IMG/VR virus record: IMGVR_UViG_2974625740_000001
Coordinates: 19,220 to 83,219 of that record
Direction: 5' to 3' (one strand)
From: a virus
Lineage: Duplodnaviria > Caudoviricetes
DNA length: 64,000 nt
A program made the position numbers and the translations under genes. The notes beneath the pieces were generated by a model. The model searched no databases. It was not told the origin of the DNA and saw nothing but the letters and a program-made list of their open reading frames with translations. This document shows, piece after piece, positions 8,925 through 17,624 of this stretch. Position 1 is the first letter of the stretch; every line of letters starts with the position of its first letter.

Positions 8925-9607
8925 ACAAGGAACAGGCAGCGTGGGGTCGGCTCTTGGAGTCGGCCCCACGCGGGCGTTACGAGCACGCCCGTTCGTGGCA
9001 GAAGCGAGAAAAGCGACGTGCGAACTTCCGGGCCAAGGTGTCGCGCCAGCCCGGCGGCTGCTGGCTATGGGTCGGGCAGTCGCCGGTCCGGAGCGGCAAG
9101 CCGTACCCGCTGTGGGGCGTCAAGATCAAGGGCCGGAGTCAGCAGCGGTCGGCGTTCGTGTGGATGATCGGCGAGTTCTTCCCCGAGCTGGCCGCCACCC
9201 TCCCCCATCGCACGCAGCCCTCATGCGGTGAGTCGACGTGCATCGCGCCGACGCACCGTGTCAACGGCATGTTGACCAAGAACGTCATCACTCCCGAGCA
9301 GGCTATCGAGCTGTTCAGCTTGAAGGGCCACGCGGACTCGCAGGAGGTGGCGGAGCGCTTTGGCATCAGCCGCAACCAGGTGTTGTCGATATGGCGTGGT
9401 CGGAACTGGGGGAACGTGACCGGAGCAGTCAACCAGACGCGCCAGCGCAAGGTCACGCCGCCGGACATCGTGGACGCCATCAAGGATCGCCACGGTACGG
9501 CCAGCAGCCGGGCAGTGGCGGCTGAGTTCAACGTGAGTTACAAGACCGTGCTGCGCATCTGGAACGACGAACACCGTGGCTTGTCCCGGGAGCAAGCACC
9601 ATGCTAG
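8921..9607 (+). CDS. HNH endonuclease-like protein with two C-terminal HTH domains
   Basis: GCWLWVG...H..PSCGESTCIAPTH; QEVAERFGISRNQV and RAVAAEFNVSYKTV HTH motifs. Confidence 0.7.
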   Translation: MNKEQAAWGRLLESAPRGRYEHARSWQKREKRRANFRAKVSRQPGGCWLWVGQSPVRSGKPYPLWGVKIKGRSQQRSAFVWMIGEFFPELAATLPHRTQPSCGESTCIAPTHRVNGMLTKNVITPEQAIELFSLKGHADSQEVAERFGISRNQVLSIWRGRNWGNVTGAVNQTRQRKVTPPDIVDAIKDRHGTASSRAVAAEFNVSYKTVLRIWNDEHRGLSREQAPC

Positions 9608-9610
9608 GCT
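9581..9610 (+). promoter_or_regulatory. dyad promoter, class II
   Basis: TTGTCC-N18-TAGGCT, TTG-N9-CAA. Confidence 0.6.
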
Positions 9611-9643
9611 GGCGGTCCGTACGAGACACAGGAGGTCGGCACC

Positions 9644-10180
9644 ATGCCACTCAGTGAGGCCGCGAGGGCGTTGTTCCCTTGGACCGACGAGAGCCGCCAC
9701 GCCTGCACCGAGGTCATCGTGGAGGGCAACACCTTTCGGTGCCCGTGCCGCTGTGGCTACCGGGGCAAGCAGGTGACATCGAGCCCGTCGCACGCGTTCA
9801 ACGCTACGAAGGTACACGCCGAGAATGAGAACCGACGCGAGGGCGACGGTGGCCAGAAGGTCGAGGGGGACCAGTACCAGAACAACGGCGAGCCCCCGCG
9901 CGCCGTCCGGCGGGCAGCCACCGCCGCGAGTACCCCGTCCCGGCCCGGGACGGCCCCACGGAGGGCCTCCCAGGGTACGCCGGGCACTCCGTGCGGGTGC
10001 GGGTGCGGGGAGCCCTCCGGTGGCCTCTTCCGGCCCGGACACGACTCGAAGTTGCTGAGCCGCCTGCTCAACGAGGTCAGGTCCGGTGCCAAGACCCTGG
10101 CCGACGCACACGCCGAGATGACCACCATCGGCACCAGCGAGGTGCTCAAGGAGAAGCTGGCCAAGAAGGTGGCGGCATGA
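9644..10180 (+). CDS. Zn-binding protein, PGHD family (divergent member)
   Basis: CPCRCG..H..H and TPCGCGCGEPSGGLFRPGHDSKLL. Confidence 0.7.
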   Translation: MPLSEAARALFPWTDESRHACTEVIVEGNTFRCPCRCGYRGKQVTSSPSHAFNATKVHAENENRREGDGGQKVEGDQYQNNGEPPRAVRRAATAASTPSRPGTAPRRASQGTPGTPCGCGCGEPSGGLFRPGHDSKLLSRLLNEVRSGAKTLADAHAEMTTIGTSEVLKEKLAKKVAA

Positions 10181-10404
10181 CCGACCTGACGCCGGACGAG
10201 ATCACGCTGGTTCAGTTCGAGAACACCAAGGAGAACCTGATCAGCCAGATGGTCGTGTACGGAATCGACCGTGACCAGGCTCGCATCCAGGTCGAGGGCC
10301 TGGTCACGTGGACCATGCGAGCGAAGGAGGCCATCGACCGTGCCGTATCGGAAGGAAAAGCGGGGGTCCAAATGGGTCGTCGTCAAGATCAAGAAGGCAC
10401 CTGA
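10177..10404 (+). CDS. hypothetical protein
   Basis: ATGA overlap; MTDLTPDE... Confidence 0.6.
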   Translation: MTDLTPDEITLVQFENTKENLISQMVVYGIDRDQARIQVEGLVTWTMRAKEAIDRAVSEGKAGVQMGRRQDQEGT

Positions 10405-10501
10405 CGAGACCGAGTCGACCGAGGTGGTCGGCAAGCACGACACCGAGGACGAGGCCAAGAAGCAGCTGGCCGCCCTCAAAATCAACGTGGAGGACGCGTA
10501 A
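10340..10501 (+). CDS. small hypothetical protein
   Basis: GTG with RBS GAAGGAGG; MPYRKEKRGSKWVVV...KHDTEDEAKKQLAAL. Confidence 0.65.
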   Translation: MPYRKEKRGSKWVVVKIKKAPDETESTEVVGKHDTEDEAKKQLAALKINVEDA

Positions 10502-11466
10502 TGCTCAGAGCCGTTGACACGGTCGCTGGCAGGCCCGGGGCCATCGTCATCAGCTACTCCGAGTTGGACACGTTCAAGCAGTGTCCGCACAAACACGACC
10601 TCGGGTACGTCCAGCGGTGGACGCAACCCAAGGACGAACGCACTGCCGCCGGTCGCGGCACGATGTGGCACAAGATCCTCGACTCGCACTACACCGCCTT
10701 GAAACACGGGGGCGGCAAGCGCGAGGTCGCGACCGCCGTGGCGGAGCGTGTCCAGGACTTCCGCAACGTCGGCAAGGACCCGGACGTCATCGACCTCCTC
10801 ATGTGGATGTACGAGGGGTATCTGGAGAAGTGGGGGCTCGACGAGGAATGGGAGATCCTCAAGGTCGAGTACAAGACCATCGTCCCCCTGAAGTACCGGA
10901 ACGGCAAGCTGTCCCGGTTCGACCTCAAGATGGTCATCGACCTGGTCGTGCGCGACCGGCGCACGGGAAAGGTGTGGCTGATCGACCACAAGTCACACGC
11001 GGCTCTGCCCAAAGAGCGCGAGCTGGAGCTGGATGACCAGTTCGGCCTCTACACGTGGGGTCTGCGCGAGCTGGGTCACAAGGTGTTCGGTGCGATCTAC
11101 AACACCGCCCGAACTCAACGCAACAAGGGTGACTATCCCGAGGTCATCCGCGAGTGGGAGATCAAGAAGGCGAACGGCCAGACCAAGGCCGCGCGCCCGG
11201 TGCCGCAGGACCTCGACGCCCGATTCGACCGGTACCTCATGTCGAGGACGCCGATCGAGGTCGAGAACATCGCCCAGGACGCCCTCGCCACGGCGCGTTC
11301 GATGTACTCCAGGGAGAACCGCCGGGAGCGGCACACCAACAACGACACGTGCAAGTGGAAGTGCGATTTCACTGAAGCGTGCCTGCTCGGCCGGAAGACC
11401 GACGACGCCCGTGAACTCCAGTTCCTCAAGGACACGGGTTTCGCCCAGGACTTCACCCGGCACTGA
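10501..11466 (+). CDS. RecB-like PD-(D/E)XK exonuclease
   Basis: SYSELDTFKQCP, GTMWH, IDLVVRD..LIDHKS, QFGLY, C-terminal C..C...C. Confidence 0.85.
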   Translation: MLRAVDTVAGRPGAIVISYSELDTFKQCPHKHDLGYVQRWTQPKDERTAAGRGTMWHKILDSHYTALKHGGGKREVATAVAERVQDFRNVGKDPDVIDLLMWMYEGYLEKWGLDEEWEILKVEYKTIVPLKYRNGKLSRFDLKMVIDLVVRDRRTGKVWLIDHKSHAALPKERELELDDQFGLYTWGLRELGHKVFGAIYNTARTQRNKGDYPEVIREWEIKKANGQTKAARPVPQDLDARFDRYLMSRTPIEVENIAQDALATARSMYSRENRRERHTNNDTCKWKCDFTEACLLGRKTDDARELQFLKDTGFAQDFTRH

Positions 11467-11545
11467 ACGTTGAGGCATCTGAGGCCCGGACCACCACCCG
11501 CGTGGCACCGGGCCTCAGATGTATCGGGTGCCACATACACAGGGC

Positions 11546-11575
11546 TTGTCTCTGGCGCAAGCCACATGGTACAAT
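11546..11575 (+). promoter_or_regulatory. dyad promoter, class II
   Basis: TTGTCT-N18-TACAAT, TTG-N9-CAA. Confidence 0.7.
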
Positions 11576-11611
11576 CTTGTACGATGTGGTAGCAACCAGG
11601 GAGGTGGCGCA

Positions 11612-11881
11612 ATGGACCGCAGGGTCTGGCGCGCAAGGGCCCAGGGTGGATACACCCGGGTGTTCGAGATCGTCAACGGGGCGGAGAGGTCGCCCGAGAT
11701 CGCCGTCAACAAAAAGGTCTTCGGCGAGCAGATCGCCCGTAAGCTCAACGAGGCTTACGCGTGGGGGGTGGCGGATTCCAAGGCCGACCATGAGCGCGAG
11801 GCGAAGATCAAAATCGCCGAGCTGCTCAAGGAGATGGGCCACGACAAGGCCGCCGACCTGGTGCGACAGGCCCCGATCTAG
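11612..11881 (+). CDS. hypothetical protein
   Basis: RBS GGAGG; has its own promoter. Confidence 0.7.
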   Translation: MDRRVWRARAQGGYTRVFEIVNGAERSPEIAVNKKVFGEQIARKLNEAYAWGVADSKADHEREAKIKIAELLKEMGHDKAADLVRQAPI

Positions 11882-11886
11882 GGGGC

Positions 11887-11916
11887 TTGCGTGGGGGACA
11901 ACCCCCATGCTACGAT
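11887..11916 (+). promoter_or_regulatory. dyad promoter, class II (tRNA/terD locus)
   Basis: TTGCGT-N18-TACGAT, TTG-N9-CAA. Confidence 0.7.
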
Positions 11917-12008
11917 GGTTCTGCCAGCCGGGGAGAGCGTCCCCCCGTCGCCCCCCGGCTGGTGCAGAGGGCAGGTCCCCTAACCCCCCCGGGGGACCTG
12001 CCCGTCAA

Positions 12009-12080
12009 GCCCGGTTAGTGTAATTGGTAGCACGCGGTCCTCTCAAGGCCGTAGCGCGGGTTCGAATCCCGTACTGGGTA
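12009..12080 (+). tRNA. tRNA-Glu(CTC), CCA not encoded
   Basis: Acceptor gcccggt/actgggt; D arm gtg..cac; anticodon stem cggtc/ggccg with loop ctCTCaa; T arm gcggg-ttcgaat-cccgt. Confidence 0.9.
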
Positions 12081-12185
12081 CTGGGGCGGTGGCGGAATGC
12101 TCGCTGAGCATCGACACCCAAACAGAGGTGCGGCAGACGACAGGCCGCCACCATCCCCGGTCGTCACACGTCACGTGACAGGGAA

Positions 12186-12857
12186 GTGAACCTCAACGAC
12201 GGGAATAGCAAGATGCCTTTGAGCATGATGAAGGACACGCCGACCGCTGGCGGTAAGTGGCGGTTCCTGCTGAACTGGGACCAGAAGGTCGGCAAGCAGT
12301 CCCGAGCCGCACGGATGGCGGCCAGGGCGACCGGCGGCAAGGTCAACATCGGTGGCAAGCCGCAGGAGTCCGACGTGGACATCTGGGCGACCTTCTACCG
12401 CGACGGCCAGCCCAAGCGCACGGTCGTCGGCTGGAACCCGAACGCCGTCCCCGGTGCGGGACACACGGGCGACAACCAGACCGGTGCGGGCGACGACGAC
12501 GAGGCCGTCAGCATCGACTTCGACTCGGTTCCCGCGTGGGTGACCGAGGTCGTCGTGGGCGTCAGCACCAAGCCGAACGGCTCCTTCGGCGATGCCATGA
12601 ACGTGGGCGTCAAGGTGTTCGAGAACGGCACCGAGGTCGACGAGCTGATGCCGACCTTGGGTGCCAACGAGAACATCGCCGTCACGCTGCTGGCCACGCG
12701 CAACAAGGACGGCGACGGAAACGTCCTCGACGGCTGGCAGATCCGCGTGCTCGACTCGGCCGGTCGCTACCAGGCCCAGCAGCAGCAGGGGCAGTCGGCC
12801 AGCGACGCCGCCGACGCGGGCATCCTGTCGTTCGCGAAGTCCCGCGCGGGCTTCTAG
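12186..12857 (+). CDS. terD: TerD-family stress protein (start may be 12213)
   Basis: LNWD...DVDIWA...HTGDNQTGAGDDDEAVSIDFDSVPAWVTEVVVGV...SFGD TerD signature. Confidence 0.8.
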   Translation: MNLNDGNSKMPLSMMKDTPTAGGKWRFLLNWDQKVGKQSRAARMAARATGGKVNIGGKPQESDVDIWATFYRDGQPKRTVVGWNPNAVPGAGHTGDNQTGAGDDDEAVSIDFDSVPAWVTEVVVGVSTKPNGSFGDAMNVGVKVFENGTEVDELMPTLGANENIAVTLLATRNKDGDGNVLDGWQIRVLDSAGRYQAQQQQGQSASDAADAGILSFAKSRAGF

Positions 12858-12949
12858 TACAACCAGCGGGCCGGACGCCTAAGGCTACGCGCGCTTGACC
12901 CCCGGGCGCGTTACGAAACCATGGCGGGTAACAGTCAGTATTGCGAGTT

Positions 12950-13130
12950 AAGTCCGGATGAGGGTGGGGTAGCCCTCACAAACTCCCGAGACGACCCGTG
13001 AGTGGTCGACCCTCGGGGCATACGGCCCGGGGCCGAACGTGGGTGTCTGTCATACGCTCTATCGCCGCCTGTTTGAGCGGCAACGTTCGGTGGAGGTGAA
13101 GGCCCGGTAGTGGGAGGGAAACCCACACCT
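12950..13130 (+). ncRNA. candidate structured non-coding RNA
   Basis: ORF-poor region with nested hairpins (cccgag/ctcggg, gccgaacgt/acgttcggt, gccgc/gcggc, aggtg/cacct with a GAAA-capped stem). Confidence 0.35.
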
Positions 13131-13211
13131 GTCGATGGACGCCCAGGGTGGGCGACGCAGCTAACTGGCTCCGGCTGCGGGTAGCGGGTTCGAACCCCGT
13201 CATCGGCTCCA
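13131..13211 (+). ncRNA. tRNA-like RNA with a 14-nt anticodon loop and encoded CCA
   Basis: gtcgatg/catcggc acceptor plus T-CCA; cgcc/ggcg D stem; cgcag/ctgcg stem; gcggg-ttcgaac-cccgt T arm. Confidence 0.75.
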
Positions 13212-13272
13212 GGGCGCGAGCAGGCCCGACCATCCGGTCGAATTGCTCATAGAGTGGAAACGGAGTAGCTTA

Positions 13273-14217
13273 ATGGCGAAGTTGCAATCCCTGGAGGACT
13301 CGGAAGAGTTCGTCAACGTGCTGTACTACGGGGAACCGGGGTCGGGCAAGACCACGGACGCCGCGAGCATGGCCAAGCTCGGTACCATCGTCTACATCGA
13401 CGCCGAGGCCGGTCTGAAGCGCCAGCCGATGCAGCGTCTGAAGATCCCCACCACCCGCATCCTCCAGTACAAGGTGGAGACGTTCGACGACCTCCAGAGC
13501 CTGTACTGGCAGCTCAAGGCCAAGATCGAGAAGCAGCGCGAGGAGCGCGAAGCGGCCGAGGCCGCCGGTACGCCCCTGAGCGAGGAGGAGCTGGCCAAGC
13601 ACATCATCGGCGTCGTGTTCGACTCGATGACCGAGATCCAGAAGAAGCTCCTGGAGGGCATCACCAACGCGCGCTTCGAGAAGTCCAAGGCGCAGGCCGA
13701 GCGCGCGGGCATGGTGAACCAGGACGACCCGTTCGCCACGGACCGGGACGAGTGGGGCAAGATGACCGAGATGTGTCGTCGCGTCACCCGCCAGTTCCGC
13801 GACCTCGAATGCCACACGGCGTTCGTCTGCCTCGACCGGCGCGAGGTCGACAAGGAGGCCACCGAGGGCGGCGTGTTCTACCGTCCCGCGCTGACCCCCG
13901 CGTTCTCGACGGACCTCATGGGGTACGTCGACGTGGTGATCTACACCGGTCGCGAGGAGGTCGACGACCTCAAGGACGAGTCCCAGTTCGTCGGCACCAC
14001 GGTGGCCACGGGCAAGTACCGAGGCAAGGACCGGTACGGTGTCCTGCCGCCCGCGTTCCCCAACCCCACGTTCGATCGGGTCGTGAAGTTCGTCCGCGAG
14101 GCCGACGCCGACGACCCGCAGGCGTGGGCCCTGGAGGACGAGTTCGTTCGACGTCGGCTGATTCGCATCGGCGAATTGCCCGACCCCAAGGCCGAGGCCG
14201 CTGACGTCGGTCTCTGA
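13273..14217 (+). CDS. AAA_24 / Sak4-like ATPase (recombination)
   Basis: VLYYGEPGSGKTT, YIDAEAG, VVFDSMTE, GKDRYG. Confidence 0.8.
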   Translation: MAKLQSLEDSEEFVNVLYYGEPGSGKTTDAASMAKLGTIVYIDAEAGLKRQPMQRLKIPTTRILQYKVETFDDLQSLYWQLKAKIEKQREEREAAEAAGTPLSEEELAKHIIGVVFDSMTEIQKKLLEGITNARFEKSKAQAERAGMVNQDDPFATDRDEWGKMTEMCRRVTRQFRDLECHTAFVCLDRREVDKEATEGGVFYRPALTPAFSTDLMGYVDVVIYTGREEVDDLKDESQFVGTTVATGKYRGKDRYGVLPPAFPNPTFDRVVKFVREADADDPQAWALEDEFVRRRLIRIGELPDPKAEAADVGL

Positions 14218-14249
14218 ACCGCCAAGGTTCACAGGCGCAAACACCCTAC

Positions 14250-14279
14250 TTGCGCCAGGAACAACCCCCATGGTAGGGT
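14250..14279 (+). promoter_or_regulatory. dyad promoter, class II
   Basis: TTGCGC-N18-TAGGGT, TTG-N9-CAA. Confidence 0.65.
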
Positions 14280-14414
14280 AGTCACAGACGGGGCGGGCCG
14301 GACCGCACGGATCACGTGAGTTTCGACCCGCCCCAGCAACACCGGCGATGCCCAGTCGTCACGGGGCAGGGATAACATCAACCGCAGTACCAGACGAAAG
14401 CAAGAGGTGGCGTA

Positions 14415-14891
14415 ATGCCGAAGCTCGACGACAAGAAGGCCGCAGCGGTCGACCAGGCCGAGGACGGTTTCAAGCCGGTCCCCGAGGGCGTCTACATCGT
14501 CCAGCTCATGGAGGACGTGGACGTCAAGGAGGGTGACAAGGGCACGTACTGGCGCTGGACGTTCGAGGTCCCGAAGGAGCACGACGGCAAGGAGCTGGAC
14601 CACGCCGGTCGCCGCTTCTGGACGAACACGTCGCTCTCCGAGGCCGCGTTCTTCAAGCTGAAGGAGACGTTCGGCGCGTTCGGCGTCCCGACCAACACCG
14701 ACACCGCCGAGCTGGTCGGCCGCAAGGTCAAGGCCCTGATCACCCAGCGGACCATCCAGGGCGGCCAGCGCAAGGGCGAGATCGGCAACGAGATCTCGAA
14801 GCTCCTGCCGCTCTCGCACGACGAGTCGGCCGAGGCCGAGAAGGTCGCCGAGGCCGCCAAGAGCGGCAGCAGCGAAGAGCCGCTGTTCTGA
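14415..14891 (+). CDS. DUF669-like single-stranded DNA-binding protein
   Basis: FKPVPEGVY...GRRFW...FKLKE...LVGRKVKA OB-fold pattern; acidic tail ending in F; next to the Sak4-like ATPase. Confidence 0.75.
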   Translation: MPKLDDKKAAAVDQAEDGFKPVPEGVYIVQLMEDVDVKEGDKGTYWRWTFEVPKEHDGKELDHAGRRFWTNTSLSEAAFFKLKETFGAFGVPTNTDTAELVGRKVKALITQRTIQGGQRKGEIGNEISKLLPLSHDESAEAEKVAEAAKSGSSEEPLF

Positions 14892-14920
14892 TCGACCGCC
14901 ACCGCACAACCCGCTGAAGC

Positions 14921-14953
14921 CGACCCCCGCCACCGCCCCCGGTGCGGGGGTCG
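14921..14953 (+). terminator. stem-loop
   Basis: cgacccccgc / gcgggggtcg. Confidence 0.5.
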
Positions 14954-14974
14954 GTTCGTCTAAGGAGCCAGCAA

Positions 14975-17467
14975 ATGACAACAACCGCTGAGGGCGTCGC
15001 GATTCGCGACGTTTGGGCGGAATACTCCGGGCAGGGTCTGGAGGTGTTCCCCCTCAAGCGTGGTGGTAAGAACCCCGGCACCGACTTTGGTATCAAGTGG
15101 CTGCAAGACTGGCTGAAGCCGGGTCGCCGGACGTACCCGGACCTGTGCGACGTCTACGAAACCGGAACGTACGGCCTGTGGCTGGCGACCGGCCAGGTGT
15201 CCAAGCGCGTCGTCCTCGACCTGGACCGGCCGGAGGCCGAGGTCTACTGGCGCAAGCAGCTCGGTGAGGTCATCTTCGACCGAGCGCTGAAGGTCAAGAC
15301 GCGCAAGGGCCACCACCTGCACTTCAGGATTCGCGACGACGACAACCGCGCGTGGGAGTCGCACAGCGAGGAATCCGAGATCGGGTACGACTTCCGTGCG
15401 GACGGCACGGGCGTCGTGATGCCGCCCTCGGTCCACGCAACTGGGGTGATTTACGAGTGGGTCGGTGGCGAGCTGATGGACGCCCCCGATTCTCTTCGCA
15501 AGGAGAACCAGCCCAAGCAGGTGCAGGCCAGGCAGTCGGGACGAAACTCCGCTGCCTCGACGCTGGCCGACCTGCTGGCGCTGCCGCCGGACGATCCCGG
15601 ACGCGGGAACAACTGGCTTGCACGGGTGGCGGGACACATCGCGAAGATGTGCAAAGGCCGCTACTACGACCGTTACGTCGGGCTCCTTCAAAACATCAAC
15701 TGGGCCAGCGATGACCCGATTGACGAAGGGGACTTCATGAAGACGGTTGAGTCGATCTGGGCCAGCGAGTCCGGCCGGACCGAATCCCACAGCCAGGACA
15801 ACGGTTGGCTGATCGGAGACGGCGAGCGGCTGCACACCCTGGTCGAGATCGGGTCGGGCGACGAGAAGAAGCTGGTCGCTCAGGAGTGGGCCGACTTCGA
15901 CATCCGGGTCCGGTCGATCACCCGCGCGGCCGACGACACGATGGTCTACACGGTCGACCTGCACACGGACGGCCACGTTTACGAGGGCGTCCAGCTCGAC
16001 CCTGCCATCTTCTCGACCGACTCCAAGCTCACGCAGTGGCTGGCGGTCCGGGGCGCGACGATCCTGCCGCCCCCGTTCGACAAGTATGCCGGGCACAGCG
16101 CACGGGCGCGACTCGCCAAGTACATCAAAAACCAGGAGGCCGCAAGCTCGAACGCCGTTCGTCATCTGGGGTGGAATACCGAACTCGAAGAGTTCATCGT
16201 TCACGAGGGCGTGATCACGCCGGACCGGATCGTGCCGCATGATGGCTCGGTGCCGGACCCGATGCTGACCTCGTGGGCACCTTACATCTACGGAACCGTG
16301 CCGCAGATCGAAGCTATCAACGTCCTGCGCGAGGTGCTGACCTTCCAGGACGAGACCGTCACGTCGGTGTTCGGGTCGTGGTGGGTCATGACCCAGCTCA
16401 AGGGTCGGTTCCAAGCGTCGCAGTTCCCGTTCATGTCGATCGAGGCCCCCTCGGAGTCCGGCAAGACCACGGGTTTCTTCGCCCTCATGGTCGCCATGGC
16501 GGGCAACACGAGCGGCCACGGCCGGTACACCGCCCCCGCGTTCCGCGACGCGCTGGCGGGACACCGGAACGGCATCACCTGGCTCGACGACATGACCGAG
16601 ATCAGCGACCTTCAGGACACCATCCGCCAGGTCACGGCCGAGGGCCACACGAGCAAGAAGGGCACCGACCGCCGGGAAACCGAAACGGTGCAGCTCCTGT
16701 GCCCGTTGGTGGTCTCGGGCGAGGGCCTCGGCACGGTGATGTCGGAGAAGGCCATGCGCGACCGGGCCATCTCGCTGGAGGTCACCAGCCCGAAGGGTCG
16801 CCGGTCGTTCAAGGACCCGACGCGCCCTCAGTGGGACGACATCCAGGAGCTGATGGCTCGATACGGTGGCAAGCCGGAGAACCTGACGGCGGTGGCGGGG
16901 ACCCTGGTCAGCCTGATCCAGGCCAGGGCCGACATGCTGGGCGAAATGCGCGCGTTGCGTACCAGCTCGGGCCGACACGGCGACAAGATGGCGATCATGC
17001 GGATGGGAGCCCGGATTCTGGCCGACATCACCGAGGACGCCAGCCACATCGAGCGCGTCGACGCCTGGTGTGCGATGCAGCAGGACGAAGGATCGATCAA
17101 CTACGCGATCGGCGAGATCATCCCCTGGTTCCTGCGGTCCAACCTGATCCCGACCAGCGCGCGGGGTCACGTCGCCGCGTACTACGACTCGCGGGCTGAC
17201 ACGGTCTGGGTCGCGCCCCAGAAGCTGGCCGACGCGTGGCGAGGTCGCAACGGCCTTACCGCGCGGGAACGCCAGCTCGGGACCGAGGACGCCATCCGCC
17301 AGGAGCTGAAGGCGAACAGCGTCGACACCCAGGGCAAGCCCAAGTGGACCGACAAGGCGAACGGCCAGAAGTCACGTTACTGCGCGCTTGAGGGCGCGCT
17401 GGCCACGCTGATCATGGACCGAGTCGGCGCGAGCTTCGACGATCCGGAACCTGAGCCGACGGATTAG
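14975..17467 (+). CDS. bifunctional primase-polymerase / helicase
   Basis: VVLDLD, GHHLHF, GVVMPPSVH (prim-pol); GRGNNWLARVAG (PriCT); EAPSESGKTT Walker A; WLDD Walker B. Confidence 0.85.
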   Translation: MTTTAEGVAIRDVWAEYSGQGLEVFPLKRGGKNPGTDFGIKWLQDWLKPGRRTYPDLCDVYETGTYGLWLATGQVSKRVVLDLDRPEAEVYWRKQLGEVIFDRALKVKTRKGHHLHFRIRDDDNRAWESHSEESEIGYDFRADGTGVVMPPSVHATGVIYEWVGGELMDAPDSLRKENQPKQVQARQSGRNSAASTLADLLALPPDDPGRGNNWLARVAGHIAKMCKGRYYDRYVGLLQNINWASDDPIDEGDFMKTVESIWASESGRTESHSQDNGWLIGDGERLHTLVEIGSGDEKKLVAQEWADFDIRVRSITRAADDTMVYTVDLHTDGHVYEGVQLDPAIFSTDSKLTQWLAVRGATILPPPFDKYAGHSARARLAKYIKNQEAASSNAVRHLGWNTELEEFIVHEGVITPDRIVPHDGSVPDPMLTSWAPYIYGTVPQIEAINVLREVLTFQDETVTSVFGSWWVMTQLKGRFQASQFPFMSIEAPSESGKTTGFFALMVAMAGNTSGHGRYTAPAFRDALAGHRNGITWLDDMTEISDLQDTIRQVTAEGHTSKKGTDRRETETVQLLCPLVVSGEGLGTVMSEKAMRDRAISLEVTSPKGRRSFKDPTRPQWDDIQELMARYGGKPENLTAVAGTLVSLIQARADMLGEMRALRTSSGRHGDKMAIMRMGARILADITEDASHIERVDAWCAMQQDEGSINYAIGEIIPWFLRSNLIPTSARGHVAAYYDSRADTVWVAPQKLADAWRGRNGLTARERQLGTEDAIRQELKANSVDTQGKPKWTDKANGQKSRYCALEGALATLIMDRVGASFDDPEPEPTD

Positions 17468-17624
17468 GGACAGCCGCCACCGCCCCCGGAGCCCCCTTGT
17501 GGGCCCGGGGGCGTGGTGTGCCCGGGACGGCCCTCCGTGGGCCACGGGACGGCCTGGAGCCCCCGCCCCGGGCCCCGGTGCCAGCGCGCCCACGAGAGGC
17601 CGCCGGAGGGCCCACGGGAGCCCC

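Noticed and set aside
10501-11466. Cas4 / CRISPR adaptation gene
   Set aside because: Its context (Sak4-like ATPase, SSB) is a phage recombination module; no cas1/cas2 or array.
12164-12178. BldD operator (TCAC-N7-GTGA; also 48216 with N4)
   Set aside because: Half-site spacing does not match the TNAC-N5-GTNA BldD box as I recall it.
13156-13179. Amber suppressor tRNA (CTA present in the loop)
   Set aside because: No 5-bp stem places CTA in a 7-nt loop.
12950-13211. tmRNA, RNase P RNA, hammerhead or Y RNA
   Set aside because: No G3:U70 alanine acceptor or tag frame; the acceptor 5' strand lies right at 13131; only short chance matches (aagtccgg, ggatgag, gggaaaccc) without the full conserved cores; the CCA-terminated, non-permuted layout does not fit YrlA.
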